From the NCBI GenBank assembly GCA_963791775.1, contig CAWBTM010000005.1, forward strand, positions 52,943 through 116,942: a stretch of 64,000 nt of DNA, written 5' to 3'. The notes under the pieces were generated by a model. The model was not told the DNA's origin. It did no database searches and saw only the letters and a list, made by a program, of their open reading frames with translations. Made by a program: the position numbers and the translations under genes. Below, in pieces: positions 9,677 to 19,075 of this stretch (position 1 is the first letter of the stretch; every line of letters begins with the position of its first letter). The stretch is from an uncultured Actinomycetota bacterium. Its GTDB lineage: Bacteria; Actinomycetota; Actinomycetes; Propionibacteriales; Actinopolymorphaceae.

Positions 9677-10069
9677 ATGCCCGAACGCCGAGCCGCTCAG
9701 CCCGGGGGGCGAAACAGGCCCGTACCAGACGGAACATGGGAGTGGCACGAGTCGGCGGCCTGCGCCGGTGAACCCGCCGACCTGTTCTACGGACCCGAGG
9801 GTGAGAAGTTGCCAGCGCGCCGTGCCCGTGAGGCGCGGGCGCTGCTGTTCTGTGCCACCTGCCCCGTGTGTGAGGAGTGCCGCGAGCACGCGCTGGGACT
9901 CCCGGAGGCCTACGGCGTGTGGGGCGGAACGACCGAGGGCAGCAGGCTCGCGGTTCGCCGAGGACGCCGACCGGCTCCCGAGCCCGCCCGACGACCTGCC
10001 GCCCGGGTGGTCGCCACCGGTCGGCCAGCCGGCTCCGACGCGACCACCACCAGGTCGGTCCCGGCCTGA
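9677..10069 (+). CDS. WhiB family Fe-S transcriptional regulator (WhiB3/WhiD-like)
   Basis: WEWHESAAC...LFYGPEGE...CATCPVCEECREHAL..PEAYGVWGGTTE; four conserved Cys. Confidence 0.92.
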   Translation: MPERRAAQPGGRNRPVPDGTWEWHESAACAGEPADLFYGPEGEKLPARRAREARALLFCATCPVCEECREHALGLPEAYGVWGGTTEGSRLAVRRGRRPAPEPARRPAARVVATGRPAGSDATTTRSVPA

Positions 10070-10143
10070 GCTGTCGCCGTACCGGCCGTGGTCACCCCCA
10101 CCGCGACCACACCGCCCGCCCGTGAGGCTTCATCCCGAGCACC

Positions 10144-10180
10144 AGAACGCGCCCCCGCCGACGAGGCGGGGGCGCGTTCT
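10144..10180. terminator. Hairpin between convergent genes (likely bidirectional terminator)
   Basis: AGAACGCGCCCCCGCC-gacga-GGCGGGGGCGCGTTCT, perfect 16-bp stem. Confidence 0.8.
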
Positions 10181-10227
10181 CGTCTCGGACTTCGGCGTCC
10201 GAGTTCGGCTGCCTATGCCGTTTCGGG

Positions 10228-10797
10228 TCAGCCCAGCAGGCCGAGGATCTGGTTCAGCAGGCCGGCGATCTGACCGAGGAGGAGGTTCAGCCCGCCGGTG
10301 TTGTCGAGCAGGCCGGTGACGGCGCAGAGCAGGTTGCCCAGCAGGTTGCCGGGACCCTGGTCGGCGGTGATGTTCAGGTGCACGGTGTCGAGGTGAACGA
10401 CCAGGCCGAGCAGGTCGAGGTCCAGCGGCCCGAGCACGAGGTTGAGGATCTGGCAGCTGCCCGTCGAGGCGGCCGTGTTCACCGGCACGGTGACCGCCTT
10501 GTCGACAGCGGCGGTGCTGCCGTCGGCGCGGGTGAGGTCTCCGGTGAGGTCACCGATCGCCACCAGCTTGCCGTTCTGGGTGGCGAACTTGGTCGGGGTG
10601 AAGCTGCCTTCGAAGGTGCTGCCGTCGTCGGCCTTGCCGGTGACCGGCGCCGAAACCGCGCTGGTGGTGGCCGCCGCGGTGTCCGGTGCGGTCGCGGCCG
10701 ACGCGGCACCCACTCCCACGAAGGAAAGGGTCGCCAAGGCGACAACGAAGGCGATCACTGCGGTGAATCGTCGGGACATCGGTATGCGTCCTTCCAT
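10228..10797 (-). CDS. Secreted hypothetical protein with Leu-rich C-terminus
   Basis: Sec signal peptide (..GAASA|AT); CQILNLVLGPLDLDLLGL...GNLLGNLLCAV, a pattern I recognise from conserved actinobacterial proteins. Confidence 0.8.
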   Translation of the reverse strand: MEGRIPMSRRFTAVIAFVVALATLSFVGVGAASAATAPDTAAATTSAVSAPVTGKADDGSTFEGSFTPTKFATQNGKLVAIGDLTGDLTRADGSTAAVDKAVTVPVNTAASTGSCQILNLVLGPLDLDLLGLVVHLDTVHLNITADQGPGNLLGNLLCAVTGLLDNTGGLNLLLGQIAGLLNQILGLLG

Positions 10798-11154
10798 GGC
10801 TTGATCCGGGCTTGATCACCATTGCGAGAGCAAGGGGCTACCGCAAACCGCCGAACGATTTTCGGCGGCTTCGTACGCCCATCCAGAACGGAGAAATTGC
10901 TGGTCACACCGGAATTCGCTGTGAATCGAAAAAGATCAAGAAAATTCGATTCGGACCGGCCTGAAATCGGGAATTCCACGGAAAGTAGCCTGCCGCGTAC
11001 CCAGCGTGTGCCGGGCGGAGTGGTGAATTCGGCGCATACGGCCCGGTGGTCGCGTACCGGTTGCCGACACGCGTCGACCCCGAAAAGCCGTTAACCTGGC
11101 CGAACACGGCAGCCAACGGAGGGTGGCTGTCCGGGGATCTAGGAGCGACAACCA

Positions 11155-11517
11155 ATGAGTGACACCCCGCTGTACGACCAGTTGGTCAACGAACGCCTCG
11201 GCCGGGGGCCGAGTGAGTTCCAGGGTCACGACGAGTGGGACGACTCCGAGGAGGCGCGTGCCGCCTTCGAACGCGGTGTGGAGCAGGCCCACACGCTGGA
11301 GAAGCAGAGCGCCGCGTCGGAGAAGGCCGACTCCGAGAAGCAGCCCACCGGGGCGGCAAAGCCCGGCACGGACGAGAAGCCGGGGCCGGAGAAGGTGTCC
11401 GGCCCTGAGCAGGACGAGGGGCAGGCCGTCGCCGAACCGGCGACCGCGAAGGCGAAGGGGAAGGCGAAGGGGCCGACGGGCGACCGTTCCCCCGGAAAGC
11501 CGCTCGCCCCGGCCTGA
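11155..11517 (+). CDS. Hypothetical hydrophilic protein
   Basis: AGGAG RBS; MSDTPLYDQLV N-terminus; charged low-complexity tail. Confidence 0.7.
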   Translation: MSDTPLYDQLVNERLGRGPSEFQGHDEWDDSEEARAAFERGVEQAHTLEKQSAASEKADSEKQPTGAAKPGTDEKPGPEKVSGPEQDEGQAVAEPATAKAKGKAKGPTGDRSPGKPLAPA

Positions 11518-11550
11518 GCTGCCGCCGCACAGTGCCGGTAGCTGTCGGTG

Positions 11551-12446
11551 CTACCGGCACTGTGTGAGCATCATCGACTTGTCCGCGCGGGTGACTGGCA
11601 GGTCGTACTTCAGCACCACCTGGCCGAACCGCACCGCGTAAGCGCAGCGGATCGGCTTGTTCGGTGGCAGCCAGGCCGCCGGGCCCGCGTCGCGCTTGGC
11701 GGAGTTGGTCGCACCGTCGACCGGCATGAGGTTCAGCGGGTCGTTGGCGATCTGCTCCCGCCGGTCCTCGGTCCAGTGGGCCGCGCCCAGCTGCCACTCG
11801 TACGACAGGGGTACGACGTGGTCGATCTGCACGTCCGAGGCGTCCTGTTTCCGCCACGGGATCGCCCTGCCCGTATAGGGATCCGCGAGCGTCATGGCCA
11901 CCACGACGCAGGTGGAACCTCTCCGGTAGCGCAGGTGCCGGCCGTCCCGGGCGAGCAGGTCGTTGCGGGTGTCGCAGCCGTTGTGGGCAAGGGGTACGCC
12001 GTCGGCGCTGTCGGTCCAGTCCGGGCCGAACCGGTCACGGTCGTACCCCGTCTTCGGGTCCGCGCCCGGCAGTGCGCACCCTGTCGATCAGTCGCCGGGC
12101 CCTGCCGCGGTCGGCGGTCGAGGTGACGGCGGCGAGGCCGGGTCTGGTGCCGTCGGGATTGTCCAGCGGGTCGACGGCGTGTGCCGCCGGGCACCGGGGC
12201 GGAGGACGGCTGGGCCGACGGCGACGTGCTGGCGGGGTCGGTCGGTCCGCCGACCGGGACCCCGTCGACCTCGAGGGTGCAGCCCGAGCCCGCGACCGCG
12301 CAGAGGAGGCCGACGGTGGCGACCACCGCCCTGGTGCGGCGGGTGCGGCGGGTGCGGCCGGTGCGGCCGGTGCGGTCCCGGCTCCACGGCCGGGACGAAC
12401 TCCGCTGCCGACGTCGGTCAGCTCTCACCTGTTCGTACACGCGCAT
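11551..12446 (-). pseudogene. Lipoprotein HNH endonuclease family protein (DUF1524-like), two frameshifts
   Basis: Stitched frames give a lipobox-like AGSGC, then GPKTGYDRDRFGPDW...NGCDTRNDLLARD...DPYTG...QIDHVVPLS...ANDPLNL...NSAK; shifts near 12180 and 12058; may be sequencing errors. Confidence 0.8.
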
Positions 12447-12497
12447 CGACCACGATCCCTGGACTACGGTTGCCGCCGAGGATCATAGGAGGGCGCC

Positions 12498-13715
12498 ATG
12501 GCGAGGAGCTTCCGGGACCACGTGCACGCGTTCCTGGCGGAGGCGGTGGTCGACCGCGTGCAGGTCGACCGGTTCCTCGATCCGGACCAGCCGAAGTGGG
12601 CGAGGTTCGACGCCGAACTCGGCTATCTCCCGCATCCGTCCCGGGTGCCCGACGGCGTGGACGACTCGGTGAGCACCTACCGCTACGGCGCGCTCGGGGA
12701 GCGCCGCGCCGTCGCCTACGCCGACCGGCAGTGCCGACTCAACACCTACGGCGACAGCTTCACCCAGTGCCACCAGGTCAGTGACGGCGAGACCTGGCAG
12801 GAGTACCTCGCCGCCCACCTGGGCGAGCCGGTGCGCAACTTCGGCGTCGGTGGGTACGGCGTCCTGCAGGCGTACCGCCGGCTGCGCCGGGAGGAGGCCG
12901 GTGCGGCGAGCGCCGAGCACGTCGTCCTCAACATCTATCTCGACGACCACTACCGAAGCCTGGACGCCTTCCGGATGCTGCGCGTGGGCCGGGGATGGTG
13001 GGATCGTTACCAGTCCCTGCCCACGAGCATGTTCCACGCAAACCCGTGGGAGCACGTCCGCTTCGACGCCGACGGTGCGCTGGTGGACCGGCCGAACCCG
13101 TGCCCGACGGGAGATTCCCTTTACCAGTTGTGCGATCCGGACTTCCTGGTCGACACCTTCGGCGGCGACCTGGTGGTCCACCTGCTGGTGGGCCGGCGCA
13201 CCGGACGTTGGGACTTCCTGGCCGGCCATCGTGAGACCGCCGCCGCGCTGGGGCTCGAGCTCGACCTGGACGGTGACGAGGCGAGCGCGCACTCCGCCGA
13301 CGCGTTCTACGACCGGTCTGCGTTCCGTGCCTCGGCGATCCTGGTCGAGCGGACCCGGCGCGAGCTCGCCGAGCAGGGCAAGCGCCTGCTGGTGCTGCTG
13401 AGTTATCCGGGCGGGACGGTCGCGGACGCGTGTGCCGGAAAGCCTCGCCCGGACGAGGAGTTCGTCGGCTACCTCGACGACCTCGGCGTGGAGTACGTCG
13501 ACTCCCTCGCTGCGCACGTCGCCGACTACCGGGCGTTCTCGCTGTCCCCGCAGGGGTACCGCGACCGCTTCTACAACGGCCACTACACCCCGGCGGGCAA
13601 CCACCTGTTCGCGTTCATGGTGAAGCAGCGGTTCGTGGAGTGGCTGGACCCGGCACCACCCGCCTACGCGGCGAAGACGAGCCCGCTGTCGGTACGCGGA
13701 GAGGCGCTGGCATGA
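12498..13715 (+). CDS. SGNH/GDSL-like hydrolase
   Basis: YGDSFT, NFGVGGYG and GHYTPAGN blocks; AGGAGG RBS. Confidence 0.75.
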   Translation: MARSFRDHVHAFLAEAVVDRVQVDRFLDPDQPKWARFDAELGYLPHPSRVPDGVDDSVSTYRYGALGERRAVAYADRQCRLNTYGDSFTQCHQVSDGETWQEYLAAHLGEPVRNFGVGGYGVLQAYRRLRREEAGAASAEHVVLNIYLDDHYRSLDAFRMLRVGRGWWDRYQSLPTSMFHANPWEHVRFDADGALVDRPNPCPTGDSLYQLCDPDFLVDTFGGDLVVHLLVGRRTGRWDFLAGHRETAAALGLELDLDGDEASAHSADAFYDRSAFRASAILVERTRRELAEQGKRLLVLLSYPGGTVADACAGKPRPDEEFVGYLDDLGVEYVDSLAAHVADYRAFSLSPQGYRDRFYNGHYTPAGNHLFAFMVKQRFVEWLDPAPPAYAAKTSPLSVRGEALA

Positions 13716-14257
13716 CGGTTCTTCTTCGCGTACCGCCGCTGGCCGACCTCGCCGGCGCGCTGCTCACCTATCCCGAAGTAGGCGCGACCGCCGGTGAGCT
13801 ACCGCCGGGCTACCGCCTGGTCACGCGTTCGGTCCGGGTCGGCCCAGGGACAGGGTCGCTTCGACAGCTGCGTGAACGCCCTGCTCGGTTGGGAAGTCCA
13901 TCGGCGCGCCGGTCTCGGTGTGTACGCCGACCAGCCGGGGCCACGCCCGGCGCCGTCGTGGTGGTCGTCGTGGGCATGGGCAGGTGGGGAGTCGTCGCGC
14001 CGTGCCGGGTGGTCCAGGTCGTCGACGAGCCCGGCCGGCGTGGCTTCGCGTACGGCACCCTGCCCGGCCACCCCGAGCAGGGCGAGGAGAGCTTCGTCGT
14101 CTCCCGCGAGGCCGACGGCACCGTGACGTTCACGGTGACGGCGTTCTCCCGCCCGGGCAACCTGCTCACCCGCGTGGGCGGCTCGTTCGCCCGGCGGACG
14201 CAGGACCTGTTCATCGGCCGCTACCTCAGGGCCGCGGCGGCGCTCGCGCACCCCTGA
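13712..14257 (+). CDS. DUF1990 family protein (two compensating indels)
   Basis: TYPEVGAT...LPPGY, APCRVV...GFAYGTLPGHPEQGEESF; the family-typical LLGWEVHRRAGL lies in another frame between about 13850 and 13940. Confidence 0.85.
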   Translation: MTVLLRVPPLADLAGALLTYPEVGATAGELPPGYRLVTRSVRVGPGTGSLRQLRERPARLGSPSARRSRCVRRPAGATPGAVVVVVVGMGRWGVVAPCRVVQVVDEPGRRGFAYGTLPGHPEQGEESFVVSREADGTVTFTVTAFSRPGNLLTRVGGSFARRTQDLFIGRYLRAAAALAHP

Positions 14258-14277
14258 CCTGCACTACGTTTCCCATC

Positions 14278-15156
14278 ATGACGACGGCGGCCGTGGTTCC
14301 CGACAGTGTTCTCGTGCACGAGCACGTCCTGGTCGACTTCGGCGGGGTCGCCGACGCGCACGTCTACGATCCCGACGAGGTGTTTGCGGCGGCGAAGCCG
14401 AAGCTGGACGAGGTGTACGCCCTCGGCTGCCGGCGGCTGCTGGAGTGCACGCCGCAGGGTCTCGGCCGCGATCCGGTCCTCCTCGCCCGGCTCGCCGACG
14501 TGACCGGCGTCGAAGTCGCCACCAACACCGGCATCTACGGCGCGGCGGAGCGGGTCGGCGTACCTCCCTACGCCCACGAGCTTTCCGCCGAGCAGTTGGC
14601 GCGTCGGTTCGTCGACGAGTACACCCACGGCATCGCCGGCAGCCCCGGCGTACGTCCGGCCTTCGTCAAGACGGCGGTCCGCGACGGCGCGCTGGAGGAG
14701 CTGGACCGCAAGCTCGTCCGTGCGGCCGCGCTGACCGCCCGGGAGACCGGACTGACGGTCGCGTCCCACACCACGGCGGGTGTCGCCGCGCTGGAACAAC
14801 TCGACATCTTCGCCGACGTGGGCGTCTCGCCGGACAAGTTCGTGTGGGTGCACGCCCACGCCGAACCCGACGGCGACATCCACGAGCAGGTCGCCCGCGC
14901 CGGGGCGTGGGTGGAGTTCGACGGCCTGCGCCCGGGTGACACGCGGTGGCAGCGGCAGTGCGTCGAACGCATGGCCGCGGCCGGCCTGCTCGACCGCGTT
15001 CTGGTGGCCAACGACAGCGGGTGGTATCACGCCGAGGAGCCGGGCGGCGGGGAGTTCCTCGGCTACACGTTCGTGTACGACGAACTCCTGCCCGCGCTGG
15101 ACGAGTCGTGGTGGCGAACCCTGCTGGTCGACAACCCGGCGGCCGCGTTCGGCTGA
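14278..15156 (+). CDS. Phosphotriesterase-related protein
   Basis: VHEHVLVD, GLGRDP, TNTG.Y, SHT, WVHA, WVEFDG, NDSGWY, LVDNPA. Confidence 0.9.
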   Translation: MTTAAVVPDSVLVHEHVLVDFGGVADAHVYDPDEVFAAAKPKLDEVYALGCRRLLECTPQGLGRDPVLLARLADVTGVEVATNTGIYGAAERVGVPPYAHELSAEQLARRFVDEYTHGIAGSPGVRPAFVKTAVRDGALEELDRKLVRAAALTARETGLTVASHTTAGVAALEQLDIFADVGVSPDKFVWVHAHAEPDGDIHEQVARAGAWVEFDGLRPGDTRWQRQCVERMAAAGLLDRVLVANDSGWYHAEEPGGGEFLGYTFVYDELLPALDESWWRTLLVDNPAAAFG

Positions 15157-15158
15157 AC

Positions 15159-15183
15159 GTTTACGTCCGGGCGCCTCGGGTAG
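15159..15183 (+). promoter_or_regulatory. SigB/SigF-type promoter
   Basis: GTTT-N15-GGGTAG ending 9 nt before ATG 15193. Confidence 0.65.
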
Positions 15184-15192
15184 CCGGTCGAA

Positions 15193-16386
15193 ATGAGGCT
15201 CTCCCCGCTGAACCAGATCTTCGAACGGCCCGGCCCCATCGTCACGGCCTATCTGGAGCCGGGAGTCGCCGATGCCAACTCCGAGACCAGCGTGGACCTT
15301 CGCTGGCGGGCTGTCGCCGAGCAACTGCGCGCCGACGGCGCCGACGCGGCGACTGTGGAGGCTGCCGGCAAGGCCGTGACCGGCCAGCCGCCCGGCCGGA
15401 CCGCGGCCAAGGGAACGGTCGTCGCCGCGGGCGGCGAGGTGTTGCTCACCGACTCCCTGCACGGCCCGGTCGGCGGCGACCACGCGTCGTGGGCGCGGTT
15501 GCCACACCTGGCGGCCTACGTACGCGCGAACGCCGACACACGGCGGTACGGCGTCGTGGTGGTGGACAGTTCGGGAGCAGACTTCGTGGTCCGTGGTGCC
15601 CCGTCCGGCGGGCACGGCGAGGGCAGCCACGGCGAGGGCAGCCACGGCGAGGAGGGGCACGCCGAGGCACGCGGTGAGCAGCGTCCGCTGCACAAGGTGC
15701 GCGGTAGTGCCCTGTCCAACCGGCGGATGCAGAACGCCGTGGAGGAGACCGCCGACCGTAACGCCAAGCTGGTGGCCGACAACATCGTCCGGCTGGTCGA
15801 GAGCGCCAAGTTGTCCAGTGTTCTGCTGGTCGATGCGGTGGAGGCGCGGTCGCGGGTCGTCCACCATCTCCCGCACGGAGTCCAGGAGCTGGTGCGCACC
15901 AGCGACCGGGCGGGCAGCGGCGACGTGGACGCGGAGGTCGAGTCGGCACTCGACGATGCCGTAGCCGCGATCGAACGCCTGATCCAGGACAACCTGGTCG
16001 AGCGCCTGTGCGGCCGGATGTCGGCCGGCACCGGGGTGGAAGGCGGGGCGGGCGTCCTGCAGGCGCTGCGTCAGGGCGCGGTTGACACCCTCCTCTTGAC
16101 CGAGGAGGACCCGGACAACGGCACCGCGCCCGAGGCGTCCCGCCGGAAGATCGCGATCGGCGCCGGTGTGGCGGAGCTCGCGTCCGACGCCGAGGAGTTG
16201 CGGCGGCTCTACACGGCCGCGGGCACCGCCGACAGCGACGTCTCCGTCGACGAGGAGGCGCTCGACGAGGCGCTGATCCGGGCCGGCGCCGCGTCCGACG
16301 CGGTGGCCGAGGTGGTCTCGGCGGAGGCCGGCCTTCGTGATGGCGTGGGTGCGCTGTTGCGGTTCGCCCCGTCCGACCAGGCATGA
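15193..16386 (+). CDS. baeRF2 / Vms1-like release-factor-family protein
   Basis: GPIVTAYL...LRWRAV.EQL..GAD, LPHL, LHKVRG...RRMQNAVEE, ALRQGAVDTLLL, DGVGALLRF. Confidence 0.8.
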   Translation: MRLSPLNQIFERPGPIVTAYLEPGVADANSETSVDLRWRAVAEQLRADGADAATVEAAGKAVTGQPPGRTAAKGTVVAAGGEVLLTDSLHGPVGGDHASWARLPHLAAYVRANADTRRYGVVVVDSSGADFVVRGAPSGGHGEGSHGEGSHGEEGHAEARGEQRPLHKVRGSALSNRRMQNAVEETADRNAKLVADNIVRLVESAKLSSVLLVDAVEARSRVVHHLPHGVQELVRTSDRAGSGDVDAEVESALDDAVAAIERLIQDNLVERLCGRMSAGTGVEGGAGVLQALRQGAVDTLLLTEEDPDNGTAPEASRRKIAIGAGVAELASDAEELRRLYTAAGTADSDVSVDEEALDEALIRAGAASDAVAEVVSAEAGLRDGVGALLRFAPSDQA

Positions 16387-17570
16387 TCGACGCCGTTCTG
16401 GAGGCGTTGTCGCTCACCGGCGCCATGGCGTGGAACATCGCCTGGGCGCTGGTGTTCGGCTTCACCCTCTCGGCAGTGGTCCAGGCGGTGGTGCGCAAGT
16501 CCACCATCGCCCGGCTGCTCGGCGACGACCGGCCGCGCACGCTGGCCACCGCGACTGCTCTCGGTGCGATGTCGTCGTCGTGCTCCTACGCCGCGGTGGC
16601 GCTGGCCAGGTCCCTGTTCCGTAAAGGGGCCGGCTTCACTGCGGCGATCGCGTTCGAGATCGGGTCGACCAATCTGGTGGTCGAACTCGGCGTGATCCTG
16701 GCCCTGTTGATGGGCTGGCAGTTCACTCTGGCCGAGTTCGTCGGCGGGCCGCTGATCGTCGTGATCCTGGCGGTGCTCTTTCGGCTGTTGTTACGCGAAC
16801 ACCTGATGCGTCAGGCTCGCGAGCACGCCGACCGCGCCGTGGCCGGCTCGATGGAGGGCCACGCCGCGATGGACATGTCGGTCCAGGGCGACAGCTCGTT
16901 CACGCGCCGGCTGTTCTCCCGGGACGGATACACGGCGACCTCGCACGTGTTTGTGATGGAGTGGGCGGCGATCCTGCGGGACCTGGTCATCGGGCTGGTG
17001 GTGGCCGGAGCGGTCGGTGCGCTGGTGCCGGACTCCTTCTGGCGTTTGCTGTTCTTCGAGGGTCACCCGACGGTCGCGACCCTGTGGGGCCCGGTCGTGG
17101 GTCCGCTCATCGCAGCCGCGTCGTTCGTGTGCTCGGTCGGCAACGTCCCGCTGGCGGTCGTGTTGTGGAAAGGAGGAATCAGCTTCGGCGGCGTGATTGC
17201 CTTCCTGTACGCCGATCTGCTGATTCTGCCGATCCTCAACATCTACCGGAAGTACTACGGTGCAAGGGTCGCGGCTCTTCTGGCGGGGACGTTCTACGTC
17301 GCCGTCGTGATCGCCGGGCTGGTCGTCGACCTGGTGTTCGGCGGGCTGGGACTGGTGCCGGACCAGGCGCACGCGCACCTGCCCGCCGAGGGGATCCGGT
17401 GGAACTACACGACCTGGTTGAACATCGCGGCCTTCGCACTGGCATTCGCGCTGATCGTGCGGTTCGTGCGGACCGGCGGACTGCCCATGCTGAAGATGAT
17501 GGGTGGAGCCCCTCCGGAAGAGGACGAGGCGCAGGCTACGGAAGCCGCTCGAGAAGAGGAGAAGGCGTAG
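16383..17570 (+). CDS. Permease (DUF318/ArsP-like)
   Basis: SSSCSYAAVA, FEIGSTNL, SFVCSVGNVPLA, GHAAMDM. Confidence 0.9.
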   Translation: MIDAVLEALSLTGAMAWNIAWALVFGFTLSAVVQAVVRKSTIARLLGDDRPRTLATATALGAMSSSCSYAAVALARSLFRKGAGFTAAIAFEIGSTNLVVELGVILALLMGWQFTLAEFVGGPLIVVILAVLFRLLLREHLMRQAREHADRAVAGSMEGHAAMDMSVQGDSSFTRRLFSRDGYTATSHVFVMEWAAILRDLVIGLVVAGAVGALVPDSFWRLLFFEGHPTVATLWGPVVGPLIAAASFVCSVGNVPLAVVLWKGGISFGGVIAFLYADLLILPILNIYRKYYGARVAALLAGTFYVAVVIAGLVVDLVFGGLGLVPDQAHAHLPAEGIRWNYTTWLNIAAFALAFALIVRFVRTGGLPMLKMMGGAPPEEDEAQATEAAREEEKA

Positions 17571-17580
17571 GCCTCGCGGG

Positions 17581-18876
17581 TCACTGCTGGTCCGACTCCA
17601 GCGGAACGGAGTTCGAGCCGACCAGACCGAGCTTGACGACCTGCCTGCGCAGCACCGCGTCGAGCGCCCAGTCGGTGGCGATGCGGATCCGGTTGGCCGG
17701 CACGCTCAGCAGGTGATAGCCCTTCGTCACGGCCGCGGCCGGTGCCCCGGAGAGTGCGATCCCCAGCGGGTTCGCCGCCGCGGACAGCCCGCCGAGGTCG
17801 ACGACGAAGCCGAGGTCGTGATGCTTGTACGGCTTCGCGCGCCCGTCACCGAAGGACGCCGCGACGTTGCGGGCCACCGCCTTGCCCTGGCGTTCGGCGT
17901 GCTGGGCGGTCATCGCGGTGACCTGCCCGGGCCTGGTCAGGTCGGGTACGGCGGCGGAGTCCCCGCAGGCGAAGACCTCGGGCCGGCCCGGGACGGTGAG
18001 GTACTCGTCCACCACCAGCCGGCCCTTCTCGGTGGGCTCGCCGAGCTGCTCGATGAGCGGGTCCGGGCGTACGCCGACACACCACACGAGGGTCTTCGTC
18101 GGCACGAACTCCCCGTCGGACAGCTGCACCCCGTCGGCGGTGGCCTTCTCCACCGACGTGCCCGTACGGACCTCCACGCCACGCTTGCGTAGAGTGCGGT
18201 CGGTGGTGGCGGCCAGCCGAGGATCCAGGCCGGGCAGCAGCCGGTCGGCGACGTCGACCAGCAGCCAGCGCACCTGGCTCTCGTCCACGCCGTGCTTGGT
18301 GCGCGCCACCTGCTGGGTCAGCAACTGTCCCTGGGCGGCCACCTCGGTGCCGGTGTATCCCGCGCCGACGACGACGAACGTGCACCGCGCCTCGCGTTCC
18401 CCGGAATCGTTGCAGGCACTGGCGAGTTCGATCTGCCCGATCAGGTGGTCGCGCAGGTACAACGCCTCGCCCACGCTCCGGAAGCCGTGTGCGTACTCAC
18501 TCACACCGGGGATGGGCAAGAGCTTGTTGACACTGCCCGGAGCGAGGACCAGCCGGTCGTAGGTAATCTCGTGCCGGTCTTCCTCGGGGTCGACGTAGCT
18601 GACCGTACGAGTGTCCAGATCAACGCCGTCGACCGTCCCGAGCGTGAGGCAGGCGTCCCCCAGAGTCCGGGACAGCGGCACCGAGACCTGGCGCGGGTCG
18701 AGGACACCCGAGGCGACCTGGGGCAGCAGCGGGAGGTAGAGGAAGTAGTCGGTGGGGTTGATCACGATGATCTCGGCCCGGCCGCGAGCGAGTCGCTCCA
18801 GCTCCTTGGCCGCGTGGAACCCGGCGAATCCCGCGCCCACCACGACGATCCGCGGGCGGCGGCTCGCTTCGGTCAT
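17581..18876 (-). CDS. NAD(P)/FAD-dependent oxidoreductase (type II NADH dehydrogenase family)
   Basis: VVVGAGFAG, YLPLLPQVASG, VVVGAGYTGTE, FACGD, TAQHAERQG. Confidence 0.92.
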   Translation of the reverse strand: MTEASRRPRIVVVGAGFAGFHAAKELERLARGRAEIIVINPTDYFLYLPLLPQVASGVLDPRQVSVPLSRTLGDACLTLGTVDGVDLDTRTVSYVDPEEDRHEITYDRLVLAPGSVNKLLPIPGVSEYAHGFRSVGEALYLRDHLIGQIELASACNDSGEREARCTFVVVGAGYTGTEVAAQGQLLTQQVARTKHGVDESQVRWLLVDVADRLLPGLDPRLAATTDRTLRKRGVEVRTGTSVEKATADGVQLSDGEFVPTKTLVWCVGVRPDPLIEQLGEPTEKGRLVVDEYLTVPGRPEVFACGDSAAVPDLTRPGQVTAMTAQHAERQGKAVARNVAASFGDGRAKPYKHHDLGFVVDLGGLSAAANPLGIALSGAPAAAVTKGYHLLSVPANRIRIATDWALDAVLRRQVVKLGLVGSNSVPLESDQQ

Positions 18877-19075
18877 CTCGGCTCCCTCGGGGGTCGACTA
18901 CCTGCCGTGCCTGCGACCCTACGACACCACCGAGGTTGTTTCGAATAGGCGCCCGCACGTCGGGTAGGCCCGGGCACGAGCGGACGAACGGGCCCCACAG
19001 GTGCGGGTGGGCTGCCGTGATGCGACCGACAGCCCACCCGCGTACGTCACCTCCCGCGGGTTTCGCCCGGCCTGC

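Noticed and set aside
9677-10069. whiB7 call
   Set aside because: The sequence pattern (WEW...LFYGPEGE...EAYGVWGG) fits WhiB3/WhiD; no clear C-terminal AT-hook
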